Below are positions 48,704-58,593 of a DNA stretch of 64,000 nucleotides, piece by piece (within the stretch, counting starts at the first letter, position 1; every line of letters starts with the position of its first letter). The notes below the pieces were generated by a model that worked only from the letters and a program-made list of their open reading frames with translations, ran no database searches and was not told the origin of the DNA. The DNA is taken from the NCBI GenBank assembly GCA_963823335.1, contig CAWGLD010000001.1, forward strand, positions 1,312,001-1,376,000, written 5' to 3'. This DNA comes from an uncultured delta proteobacterium (GTDB lineage Bacteria; Desulfobacterota; Desulfobacteria; Desulfobacterales; B30-G6). Position numbers and translations under genes: made by a program.

Positions 48704-49273
48704 TCAGTAAATAAAGTCGATGGTGTACCAGTCGGTGTCAAAGTCCCACAACGAAACAAAGAAAAGAACATAGTGCAGATGGAATGGAAGCCTCAGTTTA
48801 CTCAACTGTGCTTTGGTTCGAACTTGATATTGGCTGCCTTTTTCAAGACGATTGAGTTCTACAATCTTTAAACTATCGATTTCGGACATCAATTTCTTGG
48901 CTTCATCAAACGATTTCACCACTCTTTGATGGCTGCCATCCCATGAACGTTCAACACTATATTCTGTTTTCAGGTTATCATATTTAATCGTGTGCAAGAT
49001 TTTCAATTCGGAGATGTTTTTATCAAACCAGAAAGTGCGTGTTTGATAGAGGTTCACAAAGATAGAGAAGGTAGCGGGGGCACCGCTTGAAATCGCGACT
49101 TCCATGCTTTCGCGAAAGGCGCCTGCAACTGTCAGGTAGATCAGCAGGTCGTCTCTGGTGTTCGTGACGATAATATTTTTCAGTGCTGCATCCTGGGCGT
49201 ACACCATCACCGGCTGAATCATGATAAAAAGACACAGCAGGATGCCCACGTTATTTTTAATGAGTGATTTCAT
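48704..49273 (-). CDS. DUF4390 domain exported protein
   Basis: Signal peptide; HTIKYDNLK, LPFHLHYVLFFVSLWDFDTDW C-terminus; start uncertain. Confidence 0.7.
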   Translation of the reverse strand: MKSLIKNNVGILLCLFIMIQPVMVYAQDAALKNIIVTNTRDDLLIYLTVAGAFRESMEVAISSGAPATFSIFVNLYQTRTFWFDKNISELKILHTIKYDNLKTEYSVERSWDGSHQRVVKSFDEAKKLMSEIDSLKIVELNRLEKGSQYQVRTKAQLSKLRLPFHLHYVLFFVSLWDFDTDWYTIDFIY

Positions 49274-49502
49274 GCTGCCGAGTTTCATGCAGTGGTTGAC
49301 AGGTGCTGGATGCCTCGTCAATGTGACATCTTGGCCGGAATACACGCCGATGCCGAATCAGGTTACCGATGTTTGTATTGTTCTTTGACGTCTGTAAATA
49401 TTCTTACAGATGGTATCAAACAGGGTGACGATCGTTTATGAGATTATATAGCAACATATTATATTTTCAAGTTATTTTATGATTTTTCGCCACTTGTTAG
49501 AG

Positions 49503-49555
49503 CGAACCAAAAAAAATGCTCGCTAACCCCCTAGCTTGCCGCGAGGTTCTTCAAT
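49503..49555 (-). mobile_element. Collapsed/rearranged copy of the palindromic element (copy 4)
   Basis: TAGCTTGCCGCGAGGTTCTTCAAT matches 7032-7055 with one mismatch; preceded by GCTCGCTAACCCC in inverted orientation. Confidence 0.6.
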
Positions 49556-49653
49556 CGGAAATTCCATATAGTTATATTGCAGGACTTGAAATCGCAACCC
49601 ACCGGGCAAGGGACAAATAAATTTTTCGCAAAGGAGCGCTGCCGTGGTATTTC

Positions 49654-49677
49654 ATAAAATCGTTCATACGATTTTAT
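49654..49677. repeat. Palindrome ATAAAATCGT-N4-ACGATTTTAT
   Basis: Perfect 10-bp arms; recurs at 52917 and partly at 55336. Confidence 0.65.
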
Positions 49678-49773
49678 TGATATGTTAACCCATATAAGAT
49701 ACAATGTCACTCAGTTGAGCGATTGTTGCGGTTGGCCTAGCGAATCAAGATCAGATGTCCGGAAGGGGGTCGG

Positions 49774-51309
49774 GTGCTTGCCAAGGTTTTAAGTAGTGCC
49801 GTCATCGGAATTGATGCGTATCTGGTGGAAGTCGAGGTTGACATTACCAGAGGATTACCGACCTATACCACCGTTGGATTGCCGGAAGCCGCGGTAAAAG
49901 AAAGCAAAGAACGCGTCAAATCCGCTATCAGCAACTCGGGTTATACCTTCCCTGACGATAGAATTACCGTCAATTTAGCTCCTGCAAACATCAAGAAAGA
50001 AGGTACCGGTTTTGATTTGCCCATCGCTCTGGGGATTTTGGCCGCTGAAAAGCTGATTCCCCAGGAATGTGTCGGTGACTATGCCATCATGGGCGAGCTT
50101 TCCCTGGATGGGCGTATCAAACCGGTGAATGGGGGTCTTCCCATGGCAATTGCCGCTAAAAAGGCGGGATGCCGGGGGATTGTTGTTCCTTACGAAAACA
50201 GGCGTGAAGCTTCGGTCGTCGATGGGATTGAAGTATATCCGGCCAAAACACTTTCACAGGTGGTGGGATTTCTGCGCGGTATAGAGCGGATTGAGGCTGT
50301 AAAGGCAAATCTGAAGGAATTATTTGGCACCCAAAGCCGCTATGACAAGGATTTTGCCGATGTTATGGGGCAGGAACATGTGAAAAGAGCCATGGAAATC
50401 GCCGCGGCCGGCGGGCATAATCTCATCATGATCGGTGCTCCTGGATCGGGGAAGACCATGATAGCCAAACGTTTATCGACGATTTTGCCGCCCTTGACAT
50501 TTGAGGAAGCCATCGAGACAACCAAGATTTTCAGCGTCATTGGGGGGCTTGAAACGGGCCAGGCTTTGATCACCAAAAGACCTTTTCGATCCCCTCACCA
50601 CACGATTTCGGATGCCGGTCTGATAGGCGGTGGTCACATCCCCAGACCCGGCGAAGTAAGCCTGGCGCATAACGGTGTTCTTTTTCTGGATGAACTGTCT
50701 GAATATAAAAAACATGTTCTGGAAGTACTCAGGCAGCCTCTAGAGGATTTAAAGGTTACCATTTCTCGTGCGGCTTCGACCATCACTTATCCATCCAGCT
50801 TCATGCTGGTGGCTGCCATGAACCCTTGTCCCTGCGGCTATTTTTCAGACCCAAAGCATGAATGCCGCTGTACAGTATACCAGATTCATCGATACCGCTC
50901 AAAAATTTCAGGACCTCTGCTGGACAGGATCGATATTCATGTTGAGGTGCCGGCTGTGCCTTACAATGCCCTGAAAGGGACTGGAAAATCAGAATCTTCA
51001 GCGCGTATCAGGGCTCGTGTAAGCGCCGCCCGGCAGATTCAATCCCGGCGATTCAGCCGCACGAGAATCCATTGCAATGCGCAGATGAACAGCCGACAGA
51101 TCAAACGCTACTGCAGCATTGATGAGGCCAGCCATGAGTTGCTTGAAACGGCTGTCGACAAACTCGGACTTTCAGCCCGGGCCCATAACCGGATTTTAAA
51201 AATTGCCCGAACCATAGCAGATATTGAAACCGCACCGGAACTGTCGGAACGTCATATTGCCGAAGCGGTGCAATACAGGAATCTGGATCGGGGCAACTAT
51301 GGTCATTGA
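49774..51309 (+). CDS. comM: YifB/ComM Mg-chelatase-like AAA+ ATPase
   Basis: [57 protein letters not shown]. Confidence 0.93.
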   Translation: MLAKVLSSAVIGIDAYLVEVEVDITRGLPTYTTVGLPEAAVKESKERVKSAISNSGYTFPDDRITVNLAPANIKKEGTGFDLPIALGILAAEKLIPQECVGDYAIMGELSLDGRIKPVNGGLPMAIAAKKAGCRGIVVPYENRREASVVDGIEVYPAKTLSQVVGFLRGIERIEAVKANLKELFGTQSRYDKDFADVMGQEHVKRAMEIAAAGGHNLIMIGAPGSGKTMIAKRLSTILPPLTFEEAIETTKIFSVIGGLETGQALITKRPFRSPHHTISDAGLIGGGHIPRPGEVSLAHNGVLFLDELSEYKKHVLEVLRQPLEDLKVTISRAASTITYPSSFMLVAAMNPCPCGYFSDPKHECRCTVYQIHRYRSKISGPLLDRIDIHVEVPAVPYNALKGTGKSESSARIRARVSAARQIQSRRFSRTRIHCNAQMNSRQIKRYCSIDEASHELLETAVDKLGLSARAHNRILKIARTIADIETAPELSERHIAEAVQYRNLDRGNYGH

Positions 51310-51342
51310 CCTATTTTACCAATAGCAAAAGGAACTTGTCGA

Positions 51343-52728
51343 ATGAGTTTTACGCCCGTCACCCGCGCCCATATCGAGGATCTTTCCCTGATCGTTTCCT
51401 CCGACCGCATTTCCACCGGCGCATCCGTTCTGGACCTGCATGCCAAAGATCAGTCCCAGCACGCCCCTGTCCGTCCTGAGGTCGTCATCTGGCCAGAGAG
51501 TCAGGAGGAGGTGGCAGCTGTCGTGACATATGCCAACAACCAGCGTATTCCGATCGTTGGATGGGGGTCCGGTTCAAGCCTCGAGGGGAACCCGATCCCG
51601 GCTCAGAAAGGCATTGTACTCGATTTTTCTCATATGAATAAGATTCTGGCCGTAAAAACTGAAGATTTTCAGGTTGATGTGGAGCCGGGTCTTATCTATC
51701 AGGATCTGAATGAGCATCTAAGGTATTCAGGGCTTTTTTTCCCGCCGGATCCCGGAGCCAGAGCCACTATCGGCGGTATGATCGCCAACAACGCCAGTGG
51801 CACGCGGACGGTTCACTATGGTTCAACCAGGGATTATGTCCTTAAACTGAGCATTGTATTGGCCAACGGTGAAATCATCGAGACAGGTTCACGGTCTGCA
51901 AAATCCTCATCGGGATACGATTTTTTGCATCTGTTCGTGGGCTCCGAGGGGACACTTGGTCTTGTGGTACAGGCGACCCTCCGTCTGGTTGGTTTGCCGG
52001 AAGAATACGCTGCCGCAATTGTTACCTTTCCCTCCATACAGGCGGCCAGTGAAGCGGTGGTGGAAATCGTGCGCTCCGGGCTCGACCCGGCATCGCTGGA
52101 GCTTCTGGATGCCGCCTGCATCAGGCTCTTCAACCAGGAAAAACATCTCGGACTGGAGGAAACCCCCACACTGTTCACCGAGTTTCACGGGCCATCCATG
52201 ACATATCTTGTGGAGATTCTGGACCTGGTGGAAGAGATCTGCAAAGAGGCGGGTCATCTTGGTTTTCAGAGAGGTTTGGGCAGAGAAGAACGCAACCGAT
52301 TTTTCGAGGCCCGGCATGAACTGGGAGAAATGGTGATCAGGGCACATCCGGACTGCGGTACCCAGGTCATCGACGTGGCGGTTCCCATGTCGGCCTATTC
52401 GGATATCATCACCAGTGCCAGCCTGGCTGCTGAAAGAGCGGGTATTCCTGGGTACGCTTTCAGTCATGCCGGCGACGGAAACCTGCATCTGAATCTGGCG
52501 GGCAGGAAAAATAATCCCGAAGATTGGAAACTGATCGAAGAAATCAGCCGGGAATTGGTTTTCAAAGCGCTTTCCTATGGTGGCACCGCAACCGGTGAGC
52601 ATGGTGTAGGCATGGGCAAGAAGGGCTATATGGCAGCAGAGCACGGGAAGAGTCTCCATTGGATGAAACAGGTCAAGGCGCTGTTTGACCCCAGGGGTAT
52701 TCTCAATCCAGGCAAAATATTCCCCTGA
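51343..52728 (+). CDS. FAD-linked oxidase (GlcD/D-lactate dehydrogenase-like)
   Basis: FPPDPG, ATIGGMIANNASG, GSEGTLG, HAGDGNLH, GEHGVG, DPRGILNPGK. Confidence 0.9.
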   Translation: MSFTPVTRAHIEDLSLIVSSDRISTGASVLDLHAKDQSQHAPVRPEVVIWPESQEEVAAVVTYANNQRIPIVGWGSGSSLEGNPIPAQKGIVLDFSHMNKILAVKTEDFQVDVEPGLIYQDLNEHLRYSGLFFPPDPGARATIGGMIANNASGTRTVHYGSTRDYVLKLSIVLANGEIIETGSRSAKSSSGYDFLHLFVGSEGTLGLVVQATLRLVGLPEEYAAAIVTFPSIQAASEAVVEIVRSGLDPASLELLDAACIRLFNQEKHLGLEETPTLFTEFHGPSMTYLVEILDLVEEICKEAGHLGFQRGLGREERNRFFEARHELGEMVIRAHPDCGTQVIDVAVPMSAYSDIITSASLAAERAGIPGYAFSHAGDGNLHLNLAGRKNNPEDWKLIEEISRELVFKALSYGGTATGEHGVGMGKKGYMAAEHGKSLHWMKQVKALFDPRGILNPGKIFP

Positions 52729-52774
52729 ATTTTTGGGGGTCGATGATGCCAGATCTCTTGACACCCAGTCTGAG

Positions 52775-52802
52775 TTGACATTCTTTCAAAGACACTTACA
52801 TT
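52775..52802 (+). promoter_or_regulatory. Sigma-70 promoter
   Basis: TTGACA-16 nt-TACATT. Confidence 0.45.
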
Positions 52803-52916
52803 GTCATGAGTTTATAGCCCGATGAAGGTTTGATACGAGTATATCCTGAAACAGATCAATCCGTTCCCCTGAAGCTGGAAGGCGGTTTGCAAAAAAAAGC
52901 GACAAGGTCGCGTTTG

Positions 52917-52939
52917 ATAAAATCGTGTAACGATTTTAT
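52917..52939. repeat. Palindrome ATAAAATCGT-N3-ACGATTTTAT
   Basis: Perfect arms, directly upstream of the GGAG RBS of the next gene. Confidence 0.65.
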
Positions 52940-52951
52940 TTGGAGATGAAG

Positions 52952-53629
52952 ATGAAAATTGAAACCAGAGAGCAGGTGCTGGAAAAAATAATGGCCCAGG
53001 ACAAGCCGGTCTGCCCCAAGTGCGGCGAAACCATGAATCTGTGGGAGGTGCCGTCCATCAATTTCAGCGATGGTCTCGGGTGGGGGACGCCGTATCTATA
53101 TATTTGTTTCAATGACGACTGTCCCATCTATTGTCAGGGCTGGGACAATCTGAAAGAGAACTACAATCAATACGCATCCTACCGGCAGATAAACTATCCA
53201 GGGACTGAGCAGTTTGAGTTCATGCCGGTTTTCAGCCCCATGGGAGCCACGGGGCAGATCATTGACGACCAGGTATTGCTCCAGGAAGAAATGCTCAAAG
53301 AGGCTATCAAAAAAGGGTTTTCAATCCTGGCACAGTGTTATGTGGACAAAGATACACCTTCGGTGTTGCGCATACTTCTGGACCCCACAGAACCAGCGCG
53401 GGTGCGGATGAAAGCAGCTGAAATGATAGGGGATATTGGAGACCTGGAGGCCGTTGAGCCTTTACGGAACCTGAAGGTGGGCAATGATCTGTTGGAAAAA
53501 CAATTAACGGAATCGGTGAAACGGATCCACGAGCGGTTTTTCACACGGGAGTGTCCTTTCTGTGCCGAAATCATCAAAAAGCGGGCGAAGGTGTGTAAGT
53601 ACTGTGGGAAGGAAGTGGCGGGGCAATAA
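52952..53629 (+). CDS. Zinc-ribbon / HEAT-like repeat hypothetical protein
   Basis: CPKCG, CFNDDC, RMKAAEMIGDIG, CPFCAE...CKYCG. Confidence 0.8.
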   Translation: MKIETREQVLEKIMAQDKPVCPKCGETMNLWEVPSINFSDGLGWGTPYLYICFNDDCPIYCQGWDNLKENYNQYASYRQINYPGTEQFEFMPVFSPMGATGQIIDDQVLLQEEMLKEAIKKGFSILAQCYVDKDTPSVLRILLDPTEPARVRMKAAEMIGDIGDLEAVEPLRNLKVGNDLLEKQLTESVKRIHERFFTRECPFCAEIIKKRAKVCKYCGKEVAGQ

Positions 53630-53774
53630 AGGCACCAGGGTACGAGGGGGATACAAGGGTTGGAGGGTGGCTAATAGCTATCAGCGAAAGGCACCTAACA
53701 GTCTACAGTCTAAACTGCTAAAAGGCTAATAAGGGTTCGAGAATCCAAGGGTGCATGGGTTTGGCATCCGTTGA

Positions 53775-55337
53775 TCAGTCATCAATCAATAAAGAAGTAC
53801 CCGTCATTTCAACCGGCTGAGCCAGTTCCATGATTTCCAGGATGGTGGGGGCGATGTCACACAAGGCACCATCCTTTAACGCCATACGAGTGCGTGCATC
53901 GTCTATCAGAACACATCTCACCCGGCCCACCGTGTGAGCGGTGTAAGGGTTGCCTTCTTCATCTGTCATCTTCTCCGCATTTCCGTGATCTGCCGTAATA
54001 ATGGTCGTCCATTGTTTTTCAAGAAGTTTAAACATGATTTTTTGGACACAAAGATCTATTGTTTCACAAGCCTTTACAGCGGCCGACATGATGCCGGAGT
54101 GACCCACCATGTCCATATTGGCAAAGTTGAGTACAATCAAATCATAGGCGTCGGAGGCAATTCTATCCATGACCTCCTGGGTCACTTCAAGAGCACTCAT
54201 TTCGGGCTTTTGATCATAGGTCGAAACATCTCGAGGTGAGGGTATGAGACAGCGATCTTCCCCCTCAAACGGCTCTTCCCGGCCACCATTGAAAAAGTAA
54301 GTGACGTGGGCGTATTTTTCTGTTTCTGCAATTCTGAGCTGTCGCAGACCATTCTTGCTGATAATCTCACCCAGGATGTTTGTCATATGAACCGGTTCAA
54401 ACGCAATGGGCAGTGAAAATTCTTCGTCAAAGCGGGTCATGCAAGTGTAACCGCAAAGCTCTGGTCGGGGATTCCGCTCAAATTCATTGAAATCCTTCTT
54501 TGTAAAGGCGCCGGTGATTTCTCTGGCGCGATCTGCGCGAAAATTGAAAAAGAGGATACCATCGCCATCTTCTATTGTTCCACGGGGCGTACCGTCTTCT
54601 TTGAGCATCACGATGGGAGTGACAAACTCATCGGTCTCATTTTTTTGGTAGGCCTTGTTTATGGCAACGATGGGGTCGATTTCCCGCACGCCTTGCCCTA
54701 ATGTATATAGGCGGAACGCCTTTTCAATGCGGTCCCATCGCTTGTCCCTGTCCATGGCATAAAACCGTCCGCAGATGGACGCGATGGCACCGACCCCGGA
54801 GGCGTTGATATATGACTGTAGCGTGGAAAGGTATTTGACACCATTGGTGGGCGGGGTATCTCTTCCGTCAAGGATGGCGTGGACGGCCACCTGTTTTACT
54901 TGCCTGCGTCCGGCCATGTCCAGAAGAGCCAGAAGATGGCTCAATTGGCTGTGGACACCCCCGTCGGAAACAAGCCCCATGAGATGAAGTTTCGAACGAT
55001 TTTTCTTGACCTTTTCCATCAGCTGGCCGATGGCCTTGTTCTCAAAAAAGCTGCCGTCTTCGATGGCCTTGTCGATTCGCAGAAGATCCTGATGAACGAC
55101 CCGGCCGGCACCGATATTCAAATGACCGACTTCGGAATTTCCCATGATTTTGTCGGGCAGCCCCACGGCGTTTCCAAAAGTTACCAGTTGCGAACAGGGG
55201 TATTGCGTCTGGATCTTGTTCAAAAAGGGCATATTTGCTTGTGCGACGGCATTCCCCTGTCTGTCTTCGCGCACACCCCATCCATCCAGAATAATCAGCA
55301 TGCAGCGCTTGTGATGTTTCACCTTGTTGCCTTTCAT
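53775..55337 (-). CDS. gpmI: 2,3-bisphosphoglycerate-independent phosphoglycerate mutase
   Basis: LIILDGWG, MGNSEVGH, SDGGVHS, DGRDT, AMDRD, AETEKYAHVT, DMVGH, TADHGN; start 55337 or GTG 55322. Confidence 0.96.
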   Translation of the reverse strand: MKGNKVKHHKRCMLIILDGWGVREDRQGNAVAQANMPFLNKIQTQYPCSQLVTFGNAVGLPDKIMGNSEVGHLNIGAGRVVHQDLLRIDKAIEDGSFFENKAIGQLMEKVKKNRSKLHLMGLVSDGGVHSQLSHLLALLDMAGRRQVKQVAVHAILDGRDTPPTNGVKYLSTLQSYINASGVGAIASICGRFYAMDRDKRWDRIEKAFRLYTLGQGVREIDPIVAINKAYQKNETDEFVTPIVMLKEDGTPRGTIEDGDGILFFNFRADRAREITGAFTKKDFNEFERNPRPELCGYTCMTRFDEEFSLPIAFEPVHMTNILGEIISKNGLRQLRIAETEKYAHVTYFFNGGREEPFEGEDRCLIPSPRDVSTYDQKPEMSALEVTQEVMDRIASDAYDLIVLNFANMDMVGHSGIMSAAVKACETIDLCVQKIMFKLLEKQWTTIITADHGNAEKMTDEEGNPYTAHTVGRVRCVLIDDARTRMALKDGALCDIAPTILEIMELAQPVEMTGTSLLIDD

Positions 55338-55351
55338 GAAATCGTTACACG

Positions 55352-55429
55352 ATTGAAGAACTTCGCAGCATGCGAAGCACCGCCGAACGGCAGAACCCAC
55401 GGGCAATGCGCTTGTTGCCGCGGTTCAAT
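55352..55429 (+). mobile_element. Palindromic element copy 5 (insert variant, both ends present)
   Basis: ATTGAAGAACTTCGCAGCA-TGCGAAGCACCGCCGAACGGCAGAACCCACG-GGCAATGCGCTTG...CGGTTCAAT. Confidence 0.6.
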
Positions 55430-55805
55430 TTTCTGTTTCCGGTAACTGCTCTGTCGAGAGTCGTCTGGCATCGATCCAAAGGCCTTCCAGGTCATAAAAG
55501 TTTCGTAAGGACTCGTAAAAGATATGGATAATGACGTCACCGTAATCCATTAAGACCCAGTGCCCCTCTTTTTTCCCTTCGACATTTATGGGCTTTTTAC
55601 CCTTTTTTTTCAAATCCCGCTGAACAAAGTCGGCGATGGCGGTCACCTGGCGGTTCGATCTTCCCGAACAGATAATAAAGACATCGGCAACGGACGTCAA
55701 TTTATGCACATCCAAAATGACGACCTGGTGTGCTTTTCTGCTTAACACAGCTTTGACAAAGGGTTTGATTGCCGGATTCAACGACATGTTATCGGTGTCT
55801 GTCAT
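55425..55805 (-). CDS. rsfS: Ribosome silencing factor
   Basis: KA..V.ILDV, DVFIICSG, WVLMDYGDVIIHIF, FYDLEGLW; follows nadD. Confidence 0.94.
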   Translation of the reverse strand: MTDTDNMSLNPAIKPFVKAVLSRKAHQVVILDVHKLTSVADVFIICSGRSNRQVTAIADFVQRDLKKKGKKPINVEGKKEGHWVLMDYGDVIIHIFYESLRNFYDLEGLWIDARRLSTEQLPETEN

Positions 55806-56467
55806 GCATAGACTCCTTGGTCGTGGATATATGTTTCGACGCTTTCGGGTACCAGAAACCGGATCGATTTTCCCTGCAGAACCCGTTTGCGAATATATGT
55901 GCCGGAAATATCCAGCATGCTGATGCTAAATAGATACACAGGCTGATGTCCATCGTTGCGATAACAGCCATCCTTGGCCGAGAATTGGTAAGCGCTTGAA
56001 ACATTTCTTTGAATAAAGGCGGTCATGTAATCAGATCCGAGGCTGTGTGACCGGTCCTCCGGAAGTGGCCGCGTCAGGATGATCATTGAAAGCATCCGGA
56101 ACAGTTGTTTAAATGATTTCCAGGTATCAATTTCCAGAAACGCATCGACCCCCATAACGAGAAAAAGATCCACATTGGTGTTTAGGCTCTTTTTGAAATG
56201 TTTGACGGTATCGATGGTATAAGAAAAACCGGGACGTTTCAACTCCACATCGGATAGAATGAATTCCGGGTTACCCGCTATGGCAAGCCGTGTCATTTCA
56301 AGGCGGTCTGCAGCCGAGACCACCTCCTTGATATCTTTGTGGGGCGGAAGCGCGGAGGGTATGAAGTACAGTTTTTCCAACTCGAATCCTTCGCACACCT
56401 CCTTTGCAGCACGAAGGTGACCATTGTGTATGGGGTTAAATGTTCCGCCAAACAACCCGATCCGCAT
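55802..56467 (-). CDS. nadD: Nicotinate-nucleotide adenylyltransferase
   Basis: GGTFNPIHNGH, PPHK, SYTIDT, MGVD, DISGTYIR. Confidence 0.95.
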   Translation of the reverse strand: MRIGLFGGTFNPIHNGHLRAAKEVCEGFELEKLYFIPSALPPHKDIKEVVSAADRLEMTRLAIAGNPEFILSDVELKRPGFSYTIDTVKHFKKSLNTNVDLFLVMGVDAFLEIDTWKSFKQLFRMLSMIILTRPLPEDRSHSLGSDYMTAFIQRNVSSAYQFSAKDGCYRNDGHQPVYLFSISMLDISGTYIRKRVLQGKSIRFLVPESVETYIHDQGVYA

Positions 56468-56470
56468 GGG

Positions 56471-57466
56471 TCAGCTCCTTTCCAGCAGGTTCAGAATGCG
56501 TGATAGCAAATTATCGATGTTCGTGCTCGCCAGTGCGGATATTGACAATACATCGATGTCCCCAATCGCTTCCTTGAAAGACCTGGCTTTTTCTTCGGAT
56601 CCATCCGTGTCCATTTTGTTGAGGACCACCAATTGTTTCCTGGTGGATAGTTCCCTGTTGTGCCTTTCGAGTTCGTGATTGACCGTGGTGTAGGATGACA
56701 GGATATTTTCAGGCTCAAGTGTCGACACATCGATCAGGTGTACCAGTATTCGTGTTCGTTCGATATGGCGTAAAAATTGGGTCCCCAGACCGGCTCCTTC
56801 GTGGGCCCCTTCTATGAGACCGGGAATGTCCGCCACCACAAATGGATCACCCCAATCGGTATACACCACGCCGAGGCTTGGTACCAGGGTTGTAAATGGG
56901 TAGGCGCCAATTTTTGGTTTTGCGGCGGATATCTTGCTGATGAGTGTGGATTTGCCGGCATTGGGAAGACCGATAAGACCGACATCGGCTATGAGTTTGA
57001 GTTCCAGTTTTAATTGAATTGTCTGCCCGGGTTCGCCGGGTTGAGCAAAACGAGGTGTCCGACGGGTGGATGTTTTAAAGTGATGGTTTCCCTGTCCCCC
57101 TCGTCCGCCGGTTGCGGCAACATAGGTTTCGCCGGGGGCAATAAAATCCTTAAGGGTTTCCCCTGTTTCACTGTCGATGATGATGGTTCCGGCGGGGACC
57201 TCTATGAGAATATTGTCCCCTTTTTTTCCGGCTTTCTTTTTTCCCTGACCGCCGGCGCCATTTTTCGCTTTCAGGTGACGTTTGTATCGGAAATCGTAAA
57301 GGGTTCGCTTTCTATGCGATGATTGCAGGATGACATCACCGCCTTTACCCCCATCTCCACCGTCGGGCCCTCCGCGGGGGATGAATTTTTCGCGCCTGAA
57401 ACTAACGCATCCGCTGCCGCCGTCTCCGGACTGTATGGTTATCGTGGCTTCATCGATGAATTTCAC
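56471..57466 (-). CDS. obgE: GTPase ObgE
   Basis: [46 protein letters not shown]. Confidence 0.97.
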   Translation of the reverse strand: MKFIDEATITIQSGDGGSGCVSFRREKFIPRGGPDGGDGGKGGDVILQSSHRKRTLYDFRYKRHLKAKNGAGGQGKKKAGKKGDNILIEVPAGTIIIDSETGETLKDFIAPGETYVAATGGRGGQGNHHFKTSTRRTPRFAQPGEPGQTIQLKLELKLIADVGLIGLPNAGKSTLISKISAAKPKIGAYPFTTLVPSLGVVYTDWGDPFVVADIPGLIEGAHEGAGLGTQFLRHIERTRILVHLIDVSTLEPENILSSYTTVNHELERHNRELSTRKQLVVLNKMDTDGSEEKARSFKEAIGDIDVLSISALASTNIDNLLSRILNLLERS

Positions 57467-57717
57467 ACGGCATAAACGCTAACTTTTTTTCGTGATCGGC
57501 CCAATCGTTCATAGGAAACGATACCGTCAATTTTGGCGAACAGTGTGTAGTCTTTACCCAGACCGACATTTTCTCCTGGGTGTATTTTGGTGCCCAGCTG
57601 GCGAACGAGAATGTTCCCTGCGCTGACGATCTGTCCGCCATAGCGCTTAACCCCTCGTCGCTGGCCATTACTGTCGCGACCGTTTTTTGAGCTTCCGCCC
57701 GCTTTTTTATGTGCCAT
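57463..57717 (-). CDS. rpmA: 50S ribosomal protein L27
   Basis: [16 protein letters not shown]. Confidence 0.98.
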   Translation of the reverse strand: MAHKKAGGSSKNGRDSNGQRRGVKRYGGQIVSAGNILVRQLGTKIHPGENVGLGKDYTLFAKIDGIVSYERLGRSRKKVSVYAV

Positions 57718-57787
57718 CTTTAAAGCTCCCTTTTCAACAGCCCAAAAGCTGCTGTTTCTGTTCTATATCAAAAGCATTCGGCCGGTA

Positions 57788-58099
57788 CTAGACCGATATG
57801 TCATCGATTTTGACAGCCGTAAACTGTTGGCGGTGTCCCTGTTTTCTGCGATAACGTTTGCGTCGCTTATACTTGAACACCAGAATTTTCTTGTGTTTTC
57901 CCTGCTCCACGATATGACCGCGAACGACCGCATTTTCCACCAGCGGCTGGCCGATTTCTACACGATCGCCATCGGAAACCATCAGGATATGGTCGAAATC
58001 GATCTGGGATCCAATGTCCCCGGATATTTTTTCGATCTTCAGTGTTTCCCCTTTTTGTACTCTATACTGCTTCCCGCCCGTTGTTACGACAGCGTACAT
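57788..58099 (-). CDS. rplU: 50S ribosomal protein L21
   Basis: MYAVVTTGGKQYRV, GHRQQFT. Confidence 0.98.
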   Translation of the reverse strand: MYAVVTTGGKQYRVQKGETLKIEKISGDIGSQIDFDHILMVSDGDRVEIGQPLVENAVVRGHIVEQGKHKKILVFKYKRRKRYRRKQGHRQQFTAVKIDDISV

Positions 58100-58112
58100 G
58101 CTTGATGCCTCC

Positions 58113-58144
58113 TATACGAGGCCTGACTACCTGTGCCTCGTGTA
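58113..58144 (-). promoter_or_regulatory. Leader hairpin abutting the rplU ribosome-binding site
   Basis: Minus strand TACACGAGGC-N12-GCCTCGTATA then GGAGG. Confidence 0.4.
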
Positions 58145-58593
58145 AATTGTATCAATTCGAAAAATAGATAATATGATAATTTATTTAAAAAATGTCAAGA
58201 AAAATATTGTGTCGGGACAAGAGAAAATGATTTGAGTTGTCAGAAAACAGCAGGCAATAAAACGTCGTGGTCATCCTTCCGGTCAATCATTTCATTCATA
58301 TCCGTGTTTGATTATATCATTATGCAGACCAATACACTATTTTTCATACGACCGCAAGCATCATGAGACCGTAAGCAGCATTGCCGGGTCGCCCAATCCG
58401 GAGCTTTCAGGGTCAGGGTTCAGCTTTATAGTAATCATAGATCATTAACCTTACAAACAGTATAGATCTGAAAAATTGATATTACGTTTAAAAAATGATA
58501 CGGGATATCATCCAGCAATGGCATGTCTGGATGATATGGACTTTTCCAGTTTAACCCGGAAGTAGACAACACGTGTCAGGAGGGGAATATCTT

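Noticed and set aside
55338-55406. N-terminal extension of gpmI in the ORF track
   Set aside because: It is translated repeat-element sequence; homology starts near KRCMLIILDGWG
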